Shown here in pieces: positions 1-12,571 of a DNA stretch of 64,000 nucleotides. A program made the position numbers and the translations under genes. Each line of letters opens with the position of its first letter. The first letter of the stretch is position 1. The notes beneath the pieces were generated by a model that had not been told where the DNA came from, did not search any database, and was given only the letters and a program-made list of their open reading frames with translations. This DNA is from Zootoca vivipara (taxonomy: Eukaryota): NCBI RefSeq assembly GCF_963506605.1, contig NC_083277.1:14818001-14882000 (forward strand), given 5' to 3'.

Positions 1-322
1 ACATTTAAATGGTTTCTCCCCCAGGTGAGTCCGTTGATGAATTCTATGGTTTCCAATAGTAGTGAAGCTCTTTCCGCACTCCATGCATTTAAATGGTTTC
101 TCCCCTGTGTGACTCCATTGATGAATTTTAAGTGTTCCACTATCAGTGAAGCTCTTTCCACACTCCATACTTTCAAATTGTTTATCCTCTCTCTTTTCAC
201 ACTCCATGTATTTAAATGGTTTCTTCGTTATTCCCATTGGACATGGCCCACCAGAATTTTGACTCCCTTCTCCACTGCCTTTTTTCGACGGGGGTGGCGG
301 GAGAGAAAATCCTATTTGTTTT
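1..322 (-). CDS. C2H2 zinc-finger gene, copy A: 5' part of the finger-array exon, running off the window start
   Basis: Minus-strand acceptor ttctcttcctag ends at 323. The open frame reads [14 protein letters not shown]...[59 protein letters not shown]. Paralogous to 10496-11762. Confidence 0.85.
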
Positions 323-461
323 CTAGGAAGAGAACAAAGGAATATTAGACACATCAATTAGCACCTGCTCTTATTTTAACATCTCGTACATTATCTCCTG
401 TCCTCTATGTGTTTCAAATTTTTAGGAAAGGCAAATGAAATAATGTTAAATAATGGTAATG

Positions 462-2105
462 CAAAAGTGATAAGGACCTAACAGAAGCAGAAGACATCAA
501 GAAGAGGTGGCAAGAATACACAGAGGAATTATACCAGAAAGATATGGAGGTCTCGTACACCCCAGGTAGTGTGGTTGCTGACCTTGAGCCAGACATCTTG
601 TAGAGTGAAGTCAAATGGGCCTTTAGAAAGCACTGCTAATAACAAGGCCAGTGGAAGTGATGATATTCCAGCTGAACTATTTAAAATTTAAAAGATGATA
701 CTGTTAAGGTGCTACACCCAATATGCCAGCAAGTTTGGAAAACTCAGCAATGGCCAGAGAATTGGAGAAGATCAGTCTACATCCCAATTCCAAAGAAGGG
801 CAGTGCCAAAGAATGCTCCAACTACCGCACAATTGCGCTCATTTCACACGCTAGCAAGGTTATGCTTAAAATTCTACAAGGCACGCTTAGGCAGTATATG
901 GACCGAGAACTCCCAGAAGTGCAAGCTGGATTTTGAAGGGGCAGAGGAACCAGAGACCAAATAGCAAACATGCGCTGGATTATGGAGAAAGCTAGAGAGT
1001 TCCAGAAAAACGTCTACTTCTGCTTCATTGACTATGCAAAAGCCTCTGACTGTGTCGACCACAGCAAACTATGGCAAGTTCTTAAAGAAATGGGAGTGCC
1101 TGAACACCTCATCTATCTCCTGAGAAATCTCTATGTGGGACAAGAAGCTACAGTTAGAACTGGATATGGAACAACTGATTGGTTCAAAACTGGGAAAGGA
1201 GTACGACAAGGTTGTATATTGTCTCCCTGCTTATTTAACTTATATGCAGAATTCATCATGCGAAAGGCTGGACTGGATGAATCCCAAGCCGGAATTAAGA
1301 TTGCCGGAAGAAATATCAACAACCTCAGGTATGCAGATGACACAACCTTGATGGCAGAAAGTGAGGAGGAATTAAAGAACCTTTTAATGAGGGTGAAAGA
1401 GGAGAGCGCAAAATATGGTCTGAAGCTCAACATCAAAAAAACCAAGATCATGGCTACTGGTCCCATCACCTGGCAAATAGAAGGGGAAGAAATGGAGGCA
1501 GTGAGAGATTTTACTTTCTTGGGCTCTTTGATCACTGCAGATGGTGACAGCAGTCACAAAATTAAAAGACGCCTGCTTCTTGGGAGAAAAGCAATGACAA
1601 ACTGAGACAACATCTTAAAAAGCAGAGACATCACCTTGCCTACAAAGGTCCGTATAGTTAAAGCTATGGTTTTCCCAGTAGTGATGTAGGGAAGTGAGAG
1701 CTGGACCATAAAGAAGGCTGATCGCCGAAGAATTGATGCTTTTGAATTATGGTGCTGGAGGAGACTCTTGAGAGTCCCATGGACTACAAGAAGATCAAAC
1801 CTATCCATTCTGAAGGAAATCAGCCCTGAGTGCTCACTGGAAAGACAGATCGTGAAGCTGAGGCTCCAATACTTTGGCCACCTCATGAGAAGAGAAGAAT
1901 CCTTGGAAAAGACCCTGATGTTGGGAAAGATTGAGGGCACTAGGAGAAGGGGACAACAGAGGACGAGATGGTTGGACAGTGTTCTGGAAGCTACGAACAT
2001 GAGTTTGACCAAACTGCGGGAGGCAGTGGAAGACAGGAGTGCCTGGCGTGCTCTGGTCCATGGGGTCACGAAGAGTCGGACACGACTAAACGACTGAACA
2101 ACAAC
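462..2105 (+). mobile_element. BovB (RTE clade) LINE, 5'-truncated, RT pseudogene with stops and frameshifts
   Basis: ORF pieces NYRTIALISHASKVMLKIL, FIDYAKASD, GVRQGCILSP, LRYADD, VHGVTKSRTRLND; (caa)n tail. Boundaries come from the empty site in the paralog (taatggtaatg|aatcatca, ~11898). Confidence 0.95.
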
Positions 2106-2349
2106 AATCATCAGAATTTCCTAACCCTTAATCAACGTTAATGAAGCAGTATTATCTTAGAATACAGTTGAACTGTGGGGTTTACTTTTTATAAAAAGTG
2201 GTTTCTCACAGGAAAGGGAGCTGGTCTATGTCCATGAACCTGCCCACTATTCATCAGGGTCCTAAGTTCATCCTCTGTACAATAATCCTCCACCCCTGCC
2301 AGTGTGAGCACATTTGATTTATAGTGTTAGGGTCTAGATAAAAATAAAA

Positions 2350-2640
2350 TAGAAAAATTCCTTCCAGTAGTTCCTTAAAAGGTAAAGGGGACCCCTGACC
2401 ATTAGGTCCAGTCGTGCCCAACTCTGGGGTTGCGGCGCTCATCTCCTTAGAGACCAACTAAGTTTGTCATTGGTATGAGCTTCCGTGTGCATGCACACTT
2501 CGTCAGATACACTGAAACAGAAGTCACTAGACCCTTATATATAGTGGGAGGGTGGGGAGGGGTATTACGCAAAGGGTGGTGGGAATGGGTGATTGGCTGA
2601 TAGGTGTGGTAAACCTGTTGACGACCGCTGATTGGTCTAG
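2350..2640. mobile_element. Penelope-like terminal fragment interrupted by a short Sauria SINE piece (paralog at ~12170-12460)
   Basis: The motif ccttagagaccaactaagtttgtcattggtatgagcttccgtgtgcatgcacacttc recurs at ~29670, ~45780 and ~59565. The block ggtaaaggggacccctgaccattaggtccagtcgtg matches the SINE end. Family assignment is from recall. Confidence 0.55.
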
Positions 2641-2724
2641 ATACCAATCATAATCCCTGGGAAATTTCTCAAGAACCCTTAAGATCCAGTTTCACTAACT
2701 GCCAAATAACACTGAGCCCTAGAG

Positions 2725-2860
2725 CAGCCTTTCTCGACCTTGGGTCCCCAGATGTTGTGTGACTTCAATTCCCATCATTCCCAGCCATCAGGGCCAATGG
2801 TCAGTGTTTATGGAAGTTGCAGTCCAAGAAGATCTGGGGATCCAAGGTTGAGAAATGCTG
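2725..2860. mobile_element. hAT-type MITE
   Basis: Terminal inverted repeats cagcctttctc / gagaaatgctg with a perfect 8-bp TSD ccctagag (2717-2724 and 2861-2868). Confidence 0.85.
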
Positions 2861-4769
2861 CCCTAGAGGAACCTTCTATGATGAGGTGAGGCATCTCTGA
2901 CCCTCCAGATGTGGTTGGACACAAAGTACCACCTGCCAAAGCAAGGATGGCCCATGGCCAGGGATGATGGGAGTCTTATCTAGTTGGACACACTTTCCCC
3001 TACTTCCCCCTCTTCTGAAAATGCTGAATATCTGTATTTCGATTCCTCCATGACCTCCACCATCTTCCTGATGCAGTCCTACCAACTGCACACATTCCCA
3101 AATCATCCTGAACCTCTGACTTCCCGAGGCTGCTATGTTGTGTCTAGGACACTGGCAATGGGACAGCCCCTTCAACTGGATGAGAGGGTAGAGGGTTAAA
3201 TCAGGGCAGGCCAAATGGCACTCAGCTCAGTCCCCTCCTTGCCCCTCTCTGCATCTGCTGCCGGAGGGGGCTGCATCAGTCTCCCTCACGGTGGAGCAGG
3301 TCCTAAGAACAGCCTTCTCCCTGCCCCCCAAAATACAGGAAACATAACAAAGACAACCTTGGAGTGTCACCATAGAATATAACAACAACAGCAGCACCAC
3401 CAATTGCTGGTAAGTCACTTTGGGCTGCCCTGGGCAAGAGAAAGCAACTAACAGATTCATAAAATAAATAAAAATAACAATTGTAGTAATAATTACACAG
3501 GCTGGGGAGGGGAGGAACCCCACCCATTTTCATAGCAATCTTCCCAATCCCTTAAATCCTACAGATTTAAGAGATCTGAAATAGTGGCAATAATGGAAAC
3601 CTGGTGGAATGGAGAGAAGGAGTTGGGCACAGTTATCTCTGGGTAGGGACCCTTTCGGTGTTTCTCCACAGAAACACAGGCATGTGGGTTAGGCTGTAGT
3701 TGACAAGGCAGAAGCCTCAAAGGGCGGAAATAATAAAGTGGGCTTCCTCCCTTTCCTCTTTCCCCCAATGGCTTGACTCGCTATAACAGCCCCCAGCGCC
3801 CCAGGAAGCTGCTGATCTGGGACTTATGGCAGGGCAAGGACTGAGCTTCAAGGGAGGAGAGGGTGGGTGGATCAGGCCTCCTGTTCAGGGATCTCTCCCT
3901 GGTCGACTTGGAAGTCATGGCAGATTCCTGGGCCGGAGGGAGAAATCAAGGCAGGCAGCCCCCAAGTCTCTCTCTCTTTCTCCAAGGTGGCTTCGATTCC
4001 TCTCCCAGGGATGCTTCCCTTCCTCCCTCAGCCCCCTAACTTCCTCTGCTCTCATTCCTCCACCCCCGAGTTTCCCCTTTGCCCAGAGGCCCCCCTGGGA
4101 GGCTCACCCTTCTTGCCAAATCTCTCCCAAGCGCTCCCACCTCTTCATCCGGAGGCAGGAGGAGCCTCGCAGGAAGAGCAGGGAGGGGGGAGATGAGGGA
4201 GACGGGGGTCTCTATCCAGGCCTCTATCGCTTCCTTTAACCCCTTCCATGGACTCTAATTCTCCACACAAAGGGGAACCAGGATCGTGGATTCAAAAGCG
4301 CCCCAGGGATTCTTGCCAGGGAGAACCCGGAACTCCTAGAGATGCGCGGAACTGGGGCCTCAGTTCAAGTCTCAGCCCTTCAACAGGAGGAAGGGGGAGG
4401 GGCACTCCCCTACTTTCCTTTCATCCTCCCACCTCGCCCCAAATCCTGCCCTCCCTTCCCAGCTGCCCTGTTTGTAGATTAAGGGGGAGAAAAGCACATC
4501 CTTCTCTCACCCGCCCCCACAATATATAGATATATTTTGAACCTTTTTTCCCTCCTCCTCTGCAGACCTGCTCCTCTTCCGGGAATGTGGATGGAGGCCC
4601 CTCCCGCTCCAACCTTGGCTTTCCCTTCCTCTCTCCAAACCTTCCTGCCTCTCTAGGAAGCGGAGCTCACTGACTCATAGGGAGGAATGAAAGACCCCTC
4701 CCTCCCGGAACGTACAAATTATCCTCCTTCCATACAAGCTCAGTTATGCTGTTTCTTTGCTGAGAAGGT

Positions 4770-4933
4770 GGAATTTGCTACCAAGGAATGTGGTGGAGTC
4801 TCCTTCTTGGAGGTCTTTAAGCAGAGGCTTGAGAGGCATATTTCAAGAATTCTTTGATGGTGTTTCCTGCTTGGCAGGGGGTTGGACTGGATGGCCCTTG
4901 TGGTCTCTTCCAACGCTATCATTCTATGATTCT
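4770..4933 (+). mobile_element. CR1 LINE 3' fragment
   Basis: VVESPS-type coding remnant, gggttggactggatggccctt and an attctatgattct tail, flanked by aaggt repeats. Absent from the paralog (gctgagaaggtcccagg at ~17800). Confidence 0.85.
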
Positions 4934-5679
4934 AAGGTCCCAGGTTCGATCCCCGGAGCCGGCAGGGAACCCCCCCCCCAACCTCCGAAAAAGTCCTCCG
5001 GGCACGAAGGTGGCACAGTTTATATTCCCTCTTTTCCTCTCTTAATCCGTTGCCGGTGGAGGGGGGAGGTCCGTTCATTTTCACACCCCTTACACAACGT
5101 GGGGGAGGCAGGGCCGTGGCGTGGGGTGTCCCCGTTACAACAGCCCTGCAAAGTACATCGGATTTGTGGGGCTTGGAACAGTAATTTACGACAACCCTAA
5201 AGGGTAGTCCAGTGTCGTCATTATGGGTGTCTTTTAAAAATAGGACCTGGTGTTTGAATTTGGGCTTTGCTCATGAGGGGGGAGGGTGAGACCCCCTCCG
5301 TCTCTTCCCTCCCTGCTCGCCCAGCAGGACATTGGCAGCGAGTAAGAGAGAGAGACATGGCCTTTTGTGGCGAGTCCTCTCCCTACTGGATGCTGGCGGG
5401 GGAATGTGCGGAGGGGCTGCCCTGGCTTCTCCCTCCTGGCGAGGAATCTGCTACTCCTCCAAGTTCTTCGACAGAGGGATCCCTGAAAAGGGGGGTCCAC
5501 TACCCCCCCTACATGGCTCAGGTCAGCTGTTGCCAGAACGATGGGGGTGGAGACGCTCCTTTAGGTATAATGGACCGAGGCCATTTAGGCTTACTGAAAT
5601 TGCTTGACTGTTCGGTGACTCCAAGTCCCAGGTGATTAAGATCCTTTCCTGGAACATTGCAGGTTGAAGGAAAAGGCCA

Positions 5680-6027
5680 GTGAAGTTCACTGGGAGCGGC
5701 TGCCGAGGCCATATAACTCCGGTCCTGAAAAACCTACATTGGCTCCCAGTATGTTTCCGAGCACAATTCAAAGTTTTGGTGCTGACCTTTAAAGCCCTGA
5801 CTGGCCTTGGCCTAGTACACCTGAAGGAGCATCTCCACCCCCATCATTCAGCCTGGACACTCAGGTCCAGCTCCAAGGGCCTTCTGGAAGTGAGGTTACA
5901 AGGAACAAGGCAGAGGGCCTTCTTGGTAGTGGCACCTGCTCTCTGAGGAAATAAACAACTATCTGATGTTTAGAAGACATTTGAAGGCAGCCCCATTTTA
6001 TCATGTTTTTCTGTTGGGAGCCGCCCA

Positions 6028-6063
<36 letters not shown>
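5680..6063 (+). mobile_element. L2 LINE 3' fragment with (AAT)n tail
   Basis: HITPVLKNLHWLPVCFRAQFKVLVLTFKAL and RAFLVVAP, the typical L2 ORF2 C-terminus. Confidence 0.85.
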
Positions 6064-6064
<1 letters not shown>

Positions 6065-6909
6065 CTAAATATATATAAATGTAAAAATTGTGAAATCCTG
6101 GGTTCCACTTTTCTCCATAACCGCTTGACTGATCGTCCTGAAATTTGGACACAACGATCCAGGCCACTCCCTGCGCGTTGTTGGGGGCAAAAATCCCTCA
6201 AATAGCACACCTGCGCAGGTACAGACCTGGTTTTCCACCAACTCAAACAGCGCCCTCAAGTGGAATTCCTCCCACAGTACACCCCCTCCCGTCCTGTGAA
6301 ATCTAAGCCACACCCACAAACCAAATGACATCACCATCAACCAAACAACTGAAAACACCAAGGTGGCCATTATCTAGGCCTTTGTTTTATGTAGGCACCT
6401 GACAGGCCTTGGGGGGGGGGAACCCACAGCAACGCACTTGGGGGCACGGCAAGGGGTTTTTACTTTACCATTTAGCACCACTACCCCCCCAAAAAAACCC
6501 CACCAAAAAACCGACATATCTCACCTCGGCATTGCAGACTAGGCCGCTTTCCAGACTAGGCCAAGTGGAGGTGGGGGGGGTGAATAGAGGGCAGGGATAC
6601 ATAATGGGTCAGAACAGGGTGGGGGGAGACACAGGGATGAAACCTGCCCTCTCCACAATATCTCACCTCGGCTTTGCAGACTAGGCCGCTTTCCAGACTA
6701 GGCCAAGTGGAGGTGGGGGGGGGCAAATAGAGGGCAAGGATAAGTAATGGGTCAGAACAGGGTGGGGGGAGACACAGGGATGAAACCTGCCCTCTCCACA
6801 GTGTCTCGCCTCGACTCAGGGCGACTCTGAGGCTCAGGGGGATCTGAAGGGGGGCTATTACCCTCAATTTCACAGACTAACACAAAGCAACGCGTGCAGG
6901 GCCAGCTAG
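6064..6909 (+). mobile_element. Non-autonomous Helitron with an internal ~143-bp tandem duplication
   Basis: Starts TC (tctaaatatatataaa) after an A, ends ...gcaacgcgtgcagggccagCTAG before a T, no TSD. Repeat units at ~6516-6657 and ~6658-6800. Confidence 0.75.
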
Positions 6910-7207
6910 TATATCCATATATCAAAACAATAGATGAGGGTTGAAAGATTACCTTGGGCATATAAGTAGGTGCTATCAATCTTTCTGTGTCTTCATGGTT
7001 CCATTATTGCAATTATAACAGTGGGAGTTATGCTGCTGTTCCTATAATATTAATCTAACCAACTCTGCTTCCAAAGCAACACCACCAGTCTCAGCTCCAC
7101 TTTGTGCAACTCTCCATTCCCGGATACAAACATTTCCAACTCCCTCCACCAAACACCAAAACCAGCTCACTCTCAGTCAATCCTCATTCAGAAGAAACAC
7201 TCCAGAC

Positions 7208-9198
7208 CAGGGGTGTCAAACTCAAATTCATCGGGGGCCGCATCAGCAGTTTGGTCACCCACAAAGGGCCGGTTGCATCTGTAGGACTATGTGTCCACTC
7301 TTTATTATCATAAATTATTGTCACTGCATTCAATTATTACTGTTTTTTGTAATAATGTAAGTAATAACTAGCTCTGAAAGCAGAAACATAGTCAGAATAA
7401 TGGCAAGTAGATATTCAAATGTACAATTATTGTACAATTTATTGAAAAATGATTTTTGGTAACAGACAGTATTTTTTTTAACATACAAATATTGTCAAAC
7501 GCTTGGAGCTGCTGTTCAGGAAGATGGATTTACAAGGGTCCCCCATCATCCCCCTGCGCCTCACAGGGTTCTCTGGGGAGAGGGGCTTGGGTGTGGGGCT
7601 GAGTGAGGAAGCCTTCAGCCCTTCCTCATTCCTGCTGGTTGGGGGGGGCAGAAGGGGGCTGGGTGGGGCTCCTGCTCTGGCGCTTCATGGAGCAGAGGGC
7701 AAATGTAAGAATTCTCTGCACTGCAAGCCTATGTATCTTTAATACCCAATGGAGCTTAGGTTTGTATAAATGGGTGTGGAAGGGCAGCCTTGGGTTGAGC
7801 CTCATAAGTCATACGATATGCAAACATTAATGTGAACACAAGGGACCATGGATCCAGTAATCAGCAAAGCACGCAGGTATCTAGGACAAGTAAAAATGTT
7901 TTATATTCAACGAAATTCTCAAACCGCTCTACTTTAGAATATTCTGTTGCAGCTAGCTGCAGCCTTCAAGTTAGTCTATTGGTCGATCCCTGCGAGGCTC
8001 TGCCCTTCTGGCCCCGCCCCCTCTCCCTGTGCGGAAGTGAAGCTGGAGTTTAACCCTTTCCATAACGTTAGTGGCTGCTTCTGTTCGTTCCTCAGAAAAC
8101 GGACCATATATCTCCCTAAAAAAAGCTCAACAACTCAAGCAGTCTCTCTGGAGTTGGCCACCCCTGATCTATATAAACTATCCAGGGAGGAATGGAGGGC
8201 TGCCTCCCTCCTGCCACCCCTCCCCTGCCAGATAATATGCCATTCTTCTCTGCTCCTTTGCTAGCCGCCCACCCCTTCCCCCTCCCCTTTTTCGCCAATC
8301 AATCCCTCTCCATTTGGGAAATTTACAGGAAACCCAAATTCGCTGTCCTTGTTGGGTGAAGCAGATTTTGAAAAGCTTAACGCACACACACACACACACA
8401 CACACAAGAGTGACACCCTGTGTGTGATTAAATGTCTTGAAATCTGCTTCTGATTTCCTCGGGAATCAGGAGGAGTTGATTTTTTTCCTTCTCCCCCCCC
8501 CCCTACTTGGATTGAAACCTTTTTTTAAAAAACTCCCATTTAAAGGCAGCCCGACCTCAGTTTCTCCACTGTTGCATTTCTCCCACACCCCTCCCTTCCC
8601 ACACCCCTCGCTGCTCTTTTGATCCTTCCAAGTGAAGCAACCCTTCATTGGGTAGTTCAGAGCGAGCGAGCGAGCGAGAGGGAGAAGCAGCAGCCAGCCC
8701 TGCCTCTGCCGCTCATTCCGGCGCCCCTGGAAGCCACGGCTGCGGCTCCAGCGCGCTTGTCTCCTCTAGCCAGAAAGGGAGAGGGGCTTTGGAGGACTTA
8801 CGGAGCTTCCGGACGAACGGCGACAAGGACAGCTTCGTCGGAGGAGACGACGCGGCAGCGGAGCGCGTTGCCATCGCCGCCACCACCCCGCCCCACATTC
8901 AACCACCGCGCCGAAAGCGAGCGCGAAGTTGCGAGAGGTGGGGTTGGGGAAGGGAGCGGCGGCGGGCCATCTCGCGAGAGTAACAGGCGAGATCGGTTTC
9001 CTGAAAGGAGCCCCTGGGAGCTGTAGTCTCCAAGCGGAGCGCTCCCCGCGCGCCTCCAGATAGCGGCCTGTTTGTCGGCGCAGCGCTTCAGCAGCAAGGT
9101 CCCGCTGCTGGGTCCTGCTGGCTGGGGCGCTCGGCGGGCCACATGAGGAGGTCTGGCGGGCCGGATTTGGCCCGCGGACCTTGGGTTTGACACCTGTG
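7208..9198. mobile_element. ~2-kb non-autonomous hAT element carrying heterogeneous GC/CpG-rich internal sequence
   Basis: TIRs caggggtgtcaaac / gtttgacacctgtg with a perfect 8-bp TSD ctccagac (7200-7207 and 9199-9206). No transposase ORF. Confidence 0.85.
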
Positions 9199-9547
9199 CT
9201 CCAGACTCACACACTCCCCCTCCCTATCTAACAGTACATTAAATATTATATTATGCTTACTTTTGTGAAATGTTACCCTCATTACTTTTAAAGCATGTCT
9301 AGACAGTGTTACATGCAAACAACAGAAACTCAAATACGCTGCATGCATTTAAGATTGATTTCCTGTTATTGATGTGAAAGTGTCAACTCTGAGAGAAACA
9401 GGTTCTACACTCTAAAAAGTGTTCCATAATAACCAAAGCAGAATCTACAATCCTTCTATTTAAACCATTTCTCTTCTTTGAGTTAATTGATGCTTTGTAG
9501 AGTTTCCACTCTTACAGCTATTACCCGATGGTTTTTAAGACTTCCAG

Positions 9548-10450
9548 AGAGCCACTGTGGTGTAGTGGTTAAGAGCGGTAGACTCGTAATCTGGGGAACC
9601 GGGACATGCAGCTGCTGGGAGACCTTCGGCTAGTCATACTTCTCTGAAGTCTCTCAGCACCACTCACCTCTCAGAGTGTTTGTTGCTGTAATAATCGACC
9701 CAGGATTGTTGGGAAATAGTAGGGGCAGTAGGAAATAGATTATTATTTAGATGACCGGAGGTTATTTGCCAGAATGTTTTATGGTCATTCGAATTTATAG
9801 CGATAATTAAACGTGACCATTTCTTTTAGATAATATGCATTTTTTTCCTGACTATAAGTTCGTTGTATATCTTCCTACTAACAAAGTAAGTTGTTTTGCT
9901 TATCTCATCACTCTTTTTGCAAAAGTCACTGAAGGCTATTCTAAGCCATCTTTTCGCTGTATAACATTCCCGATCAAACCAAGAAAGACGATTAGAGGGG
10001 GTAGCAATTATAGGTTTAGCTATTGTATCACACTGATCTATCATTTGCGAATAGGTTGAGAGTGCTGCATATGGCGAGTCAGAGTTAATAAGGGAAGCTC
10101 TCAAGAGTAACATTCTATCAGAAGTCAAGAGTTTAGTAATCGCCCCCTCAGATTCGTTTGACCACCTAATCCGTTTAAGGACGTTGTAAGAGGAGTGATC
10201 GGAGTGACTAGATTGCGATACCTTAGTATCGGATTCACATTGGATGGTCAGCAATAGAGGAGAGTGGTCACTTTCGGTGCGAACTCCAATTGAAAAATGA
10301 CTGACAACTGTAAGGAGATTTAACGAACAGACACAGTAGTTTGTTGTGGAGGAGGAAGGTAAAGGAAAATGTTAGCCGCTCTGAGACTCCTTCGGGTAGT
10401 AATAAAGCGGGATATCAAATCCAAACTCTTCTTCTTCTTCTTTTTCTTCC
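9548..10450 (+). mobile_element. tRNA-derived SINE with (ttc)n tail, split by a LINE fragment
   Basis: A-box tggtgtagtggttaagagc at the 5' end; 3' part gttagccgctctgagactcc...aaagcgggatatcaaatccaaactcttcttc. Confidence 0.7.
9686..10338 (-). mobile_element. Internal fragment of an APE-endonuclease LINE (RTE-X-like, tentative)
   Basis: Minus strand encodes ...ESDHSPLLLTI (end of the endonuclease) and SWFDRECYTAKR. Flanked by the direct repeat gtttgttg. Confidence 0.6.
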
Positions 10451-10495
10451 TCCACTTCAACTGATCCTCTGTCCACTTCCCTAGAAATTATACTG

Positions 10496-11762
10496 TTACT
10501 TCCCTGTATGAGTTTGCTGATGTTTTCTAAGGTCTCCACTCTGACGAAAGCTCTTTCCACACTCCATGCATTTAAATGGGTCCTCCCCCGTGTGACTCCG
10601 TTGATGAATTTTAAGGTGTCCACTCTGACTGAAGCTCTTTCCACACTCCATACATTTAAATGGTTTCTCCCCCGTGTGAGTCCGTTGATGTTTTCTAAGG
10701 TTTCCACTATCACTGAAGCTCTTTCCACATTCCATGCATTTAAATGGTTTCTCCCCTGTGTGACTCCGTTGATGAATTCTAAGGTGTCCACTCTGACTGA
10801 AGCTCTTTCCACACTCCATACATTTAAATGGTTTCTCCCCTGTGTGACTCCGTTGGTGGCTTCTAAGGTGTCCACTCTCACTGAAGCTCTTTCCACATTC
10901 CATGCATTCAAATGGTTTCTCTCCTGTGTGAGTCCGTTGATGAATTCTAAGTGTTCCATTTTCAGTGAAGCTCTTTCCACATTCCATGCACTTAAATAGT
11001 TTCTCCCCTGTGTGACTCCGTTGATGAATTCTAAGGTGTCCACTCTGACTGAAGCTCTTTCCACACTCCATACATTTAAATGGTTTCTTCCCCGTGTGAG
11101 TCTGATGATGTAAATTCAGGGTTCCACTGCAACTGAAGCACTTTCCACATTCCATGCATTTAAATGGTTTCTCCCCCGTGTGAGTCCGTTGATGAATTCT
11201 AAGTTTTCCACTCTCAGTGAAGCTCTTTCCACACTCCATGCATTTAAATGGTTTCTCCCCCGTGTGAGTCCGTTGATGAATTCTACGGTTTCCAATAGTA
11301 GTGAAGCTCTTTCCACACTCCATGCATTTAAATGGTTTCTCCCCCGTGTGAGTCTGATGATGTACATTCAGGTGTCCACTCCTACTGAAGCACTTTCCAC
11401 ATTCCATGCATTTAAATGGTTTCTCCCCAGTGTGAGTCCGTTGATGAATTCTAAGTTTTCCACTCTCAGCAAAGCTCTTTCCACACTCCATGCATTCAAA
11501 TGGTTTCTCTCCCGTGTGAGTCCGTTGATGAATTCTACGGTTTCCAATAGTTGTGAAGCTCTTTCCACACTCCATGCATTTAAATGGTTTCTCCCCCGTG
11601 TGAGTCTGTTGATGTTTTCTAAGTGTTCCACTGTCAGTGAATCTCTTTCCACACTCCATACTTTCAAATATCCTCTCTCTTTTCCCACTCCATGTGACTG
11701 CCTTCTCTACTGTCTTTTTTCGACGGGGGTGGGGTGGGGGGAGAGAAAATCCTATTTGTTTC
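10496..11762 (-). CDS. C2H2 zinc-finger gene, copy B: terminal exon with 13 intact fingers and 1 degenerate finger
   Basis: Uninterrupted CxxC-12-HxxxH repeats with TGEKPF linkers; acceptor attcctag ends at 11763; stop at 10496. Upstream exons were not identified. Confidence 0.93.
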
Positions 11763-12571
11763 CTAGGAATATAACAAAGGGATATTAGACACATCAATTG
11801 GCACCTGCTCTTATTTTAACATCTCGTACATTATCTGCTGTCCTCCATATGTTCCAAATTTTTAGGAAAGGCAAATGAAATGTTAAATAATGGTAATGAA
11901 TCATCAATCTTTCTTAACACTTAATCAACGTTAATGAAGAAGCATTATCTTAGAATACGGTTGAACTGTGGAGTTTACTTTTTATGAAAAGTGGTTTGTC
12001 ACAGGAAAGGGAGCTGCTTTATGTCCGTCAACCTGCCCACTATTTATCAGGGTCCTAAGTTCATCTTGAAGTTCTTCATCCTCTGCACAATAATCCTCCA
12101 CCCCTGCCGAGTGTGGGAATATTGGATTTATAGTGTTAGGGTCTAGATAAAAATAAAAATAAAATAGAAAAATTCTTTCCAGTAGCTCCTTAAAAGGTAA
12201 GGGGGACCCCTGACCATTAGGTCCAGTCGTGCCCGACTCTGGGGTTGCAGCGCTCATCTCCTTAGAGACCAGCTAAGTTTGTCATTGGTATGAGCTTCCG
12301 TGTGCATGCACACTTCTTCAGATACACTGAAACAGAAGTCACCAGACCCTTATATATAGTGGGAGGGTGGGGAGGGGTATTACTCAGAAGGATGGTGGGA
12401 ATGGGTGATTGGCTGATAGGTGTCTTACGTAAACCTGTTGATGACCACAGATTGGTCTAGATACCAATCATAATCCCTGGGAAATTTCTCAAGAACCCTT
12501 AAGATCCAGTTTCACCAACTCACAAATAACAGAGCCCTAGAGCAGCCTTTCTCAACCTTGTGTCCCCACAT

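Noticed and set aside
970-1605. Functional reverse transcriptase gene
   Set aside because: Part of a 5'-truncated BovB with in-frame stops (e.g. 1603 and 1687) and frameshifts.
10500-11650. Regular 84-bp repeats as a CRISPR-like array
   Set aside because: They are C2H2 finger codons. The DNA is eukaryotic and there are no cas genes.
10372-11788. Alternative-frame and antisense ORFs over the ZNF array (ERASVRV..., [12 protein letters not shown]...)
   Set aside because: These are shadows of the 84-bp finger repeat.
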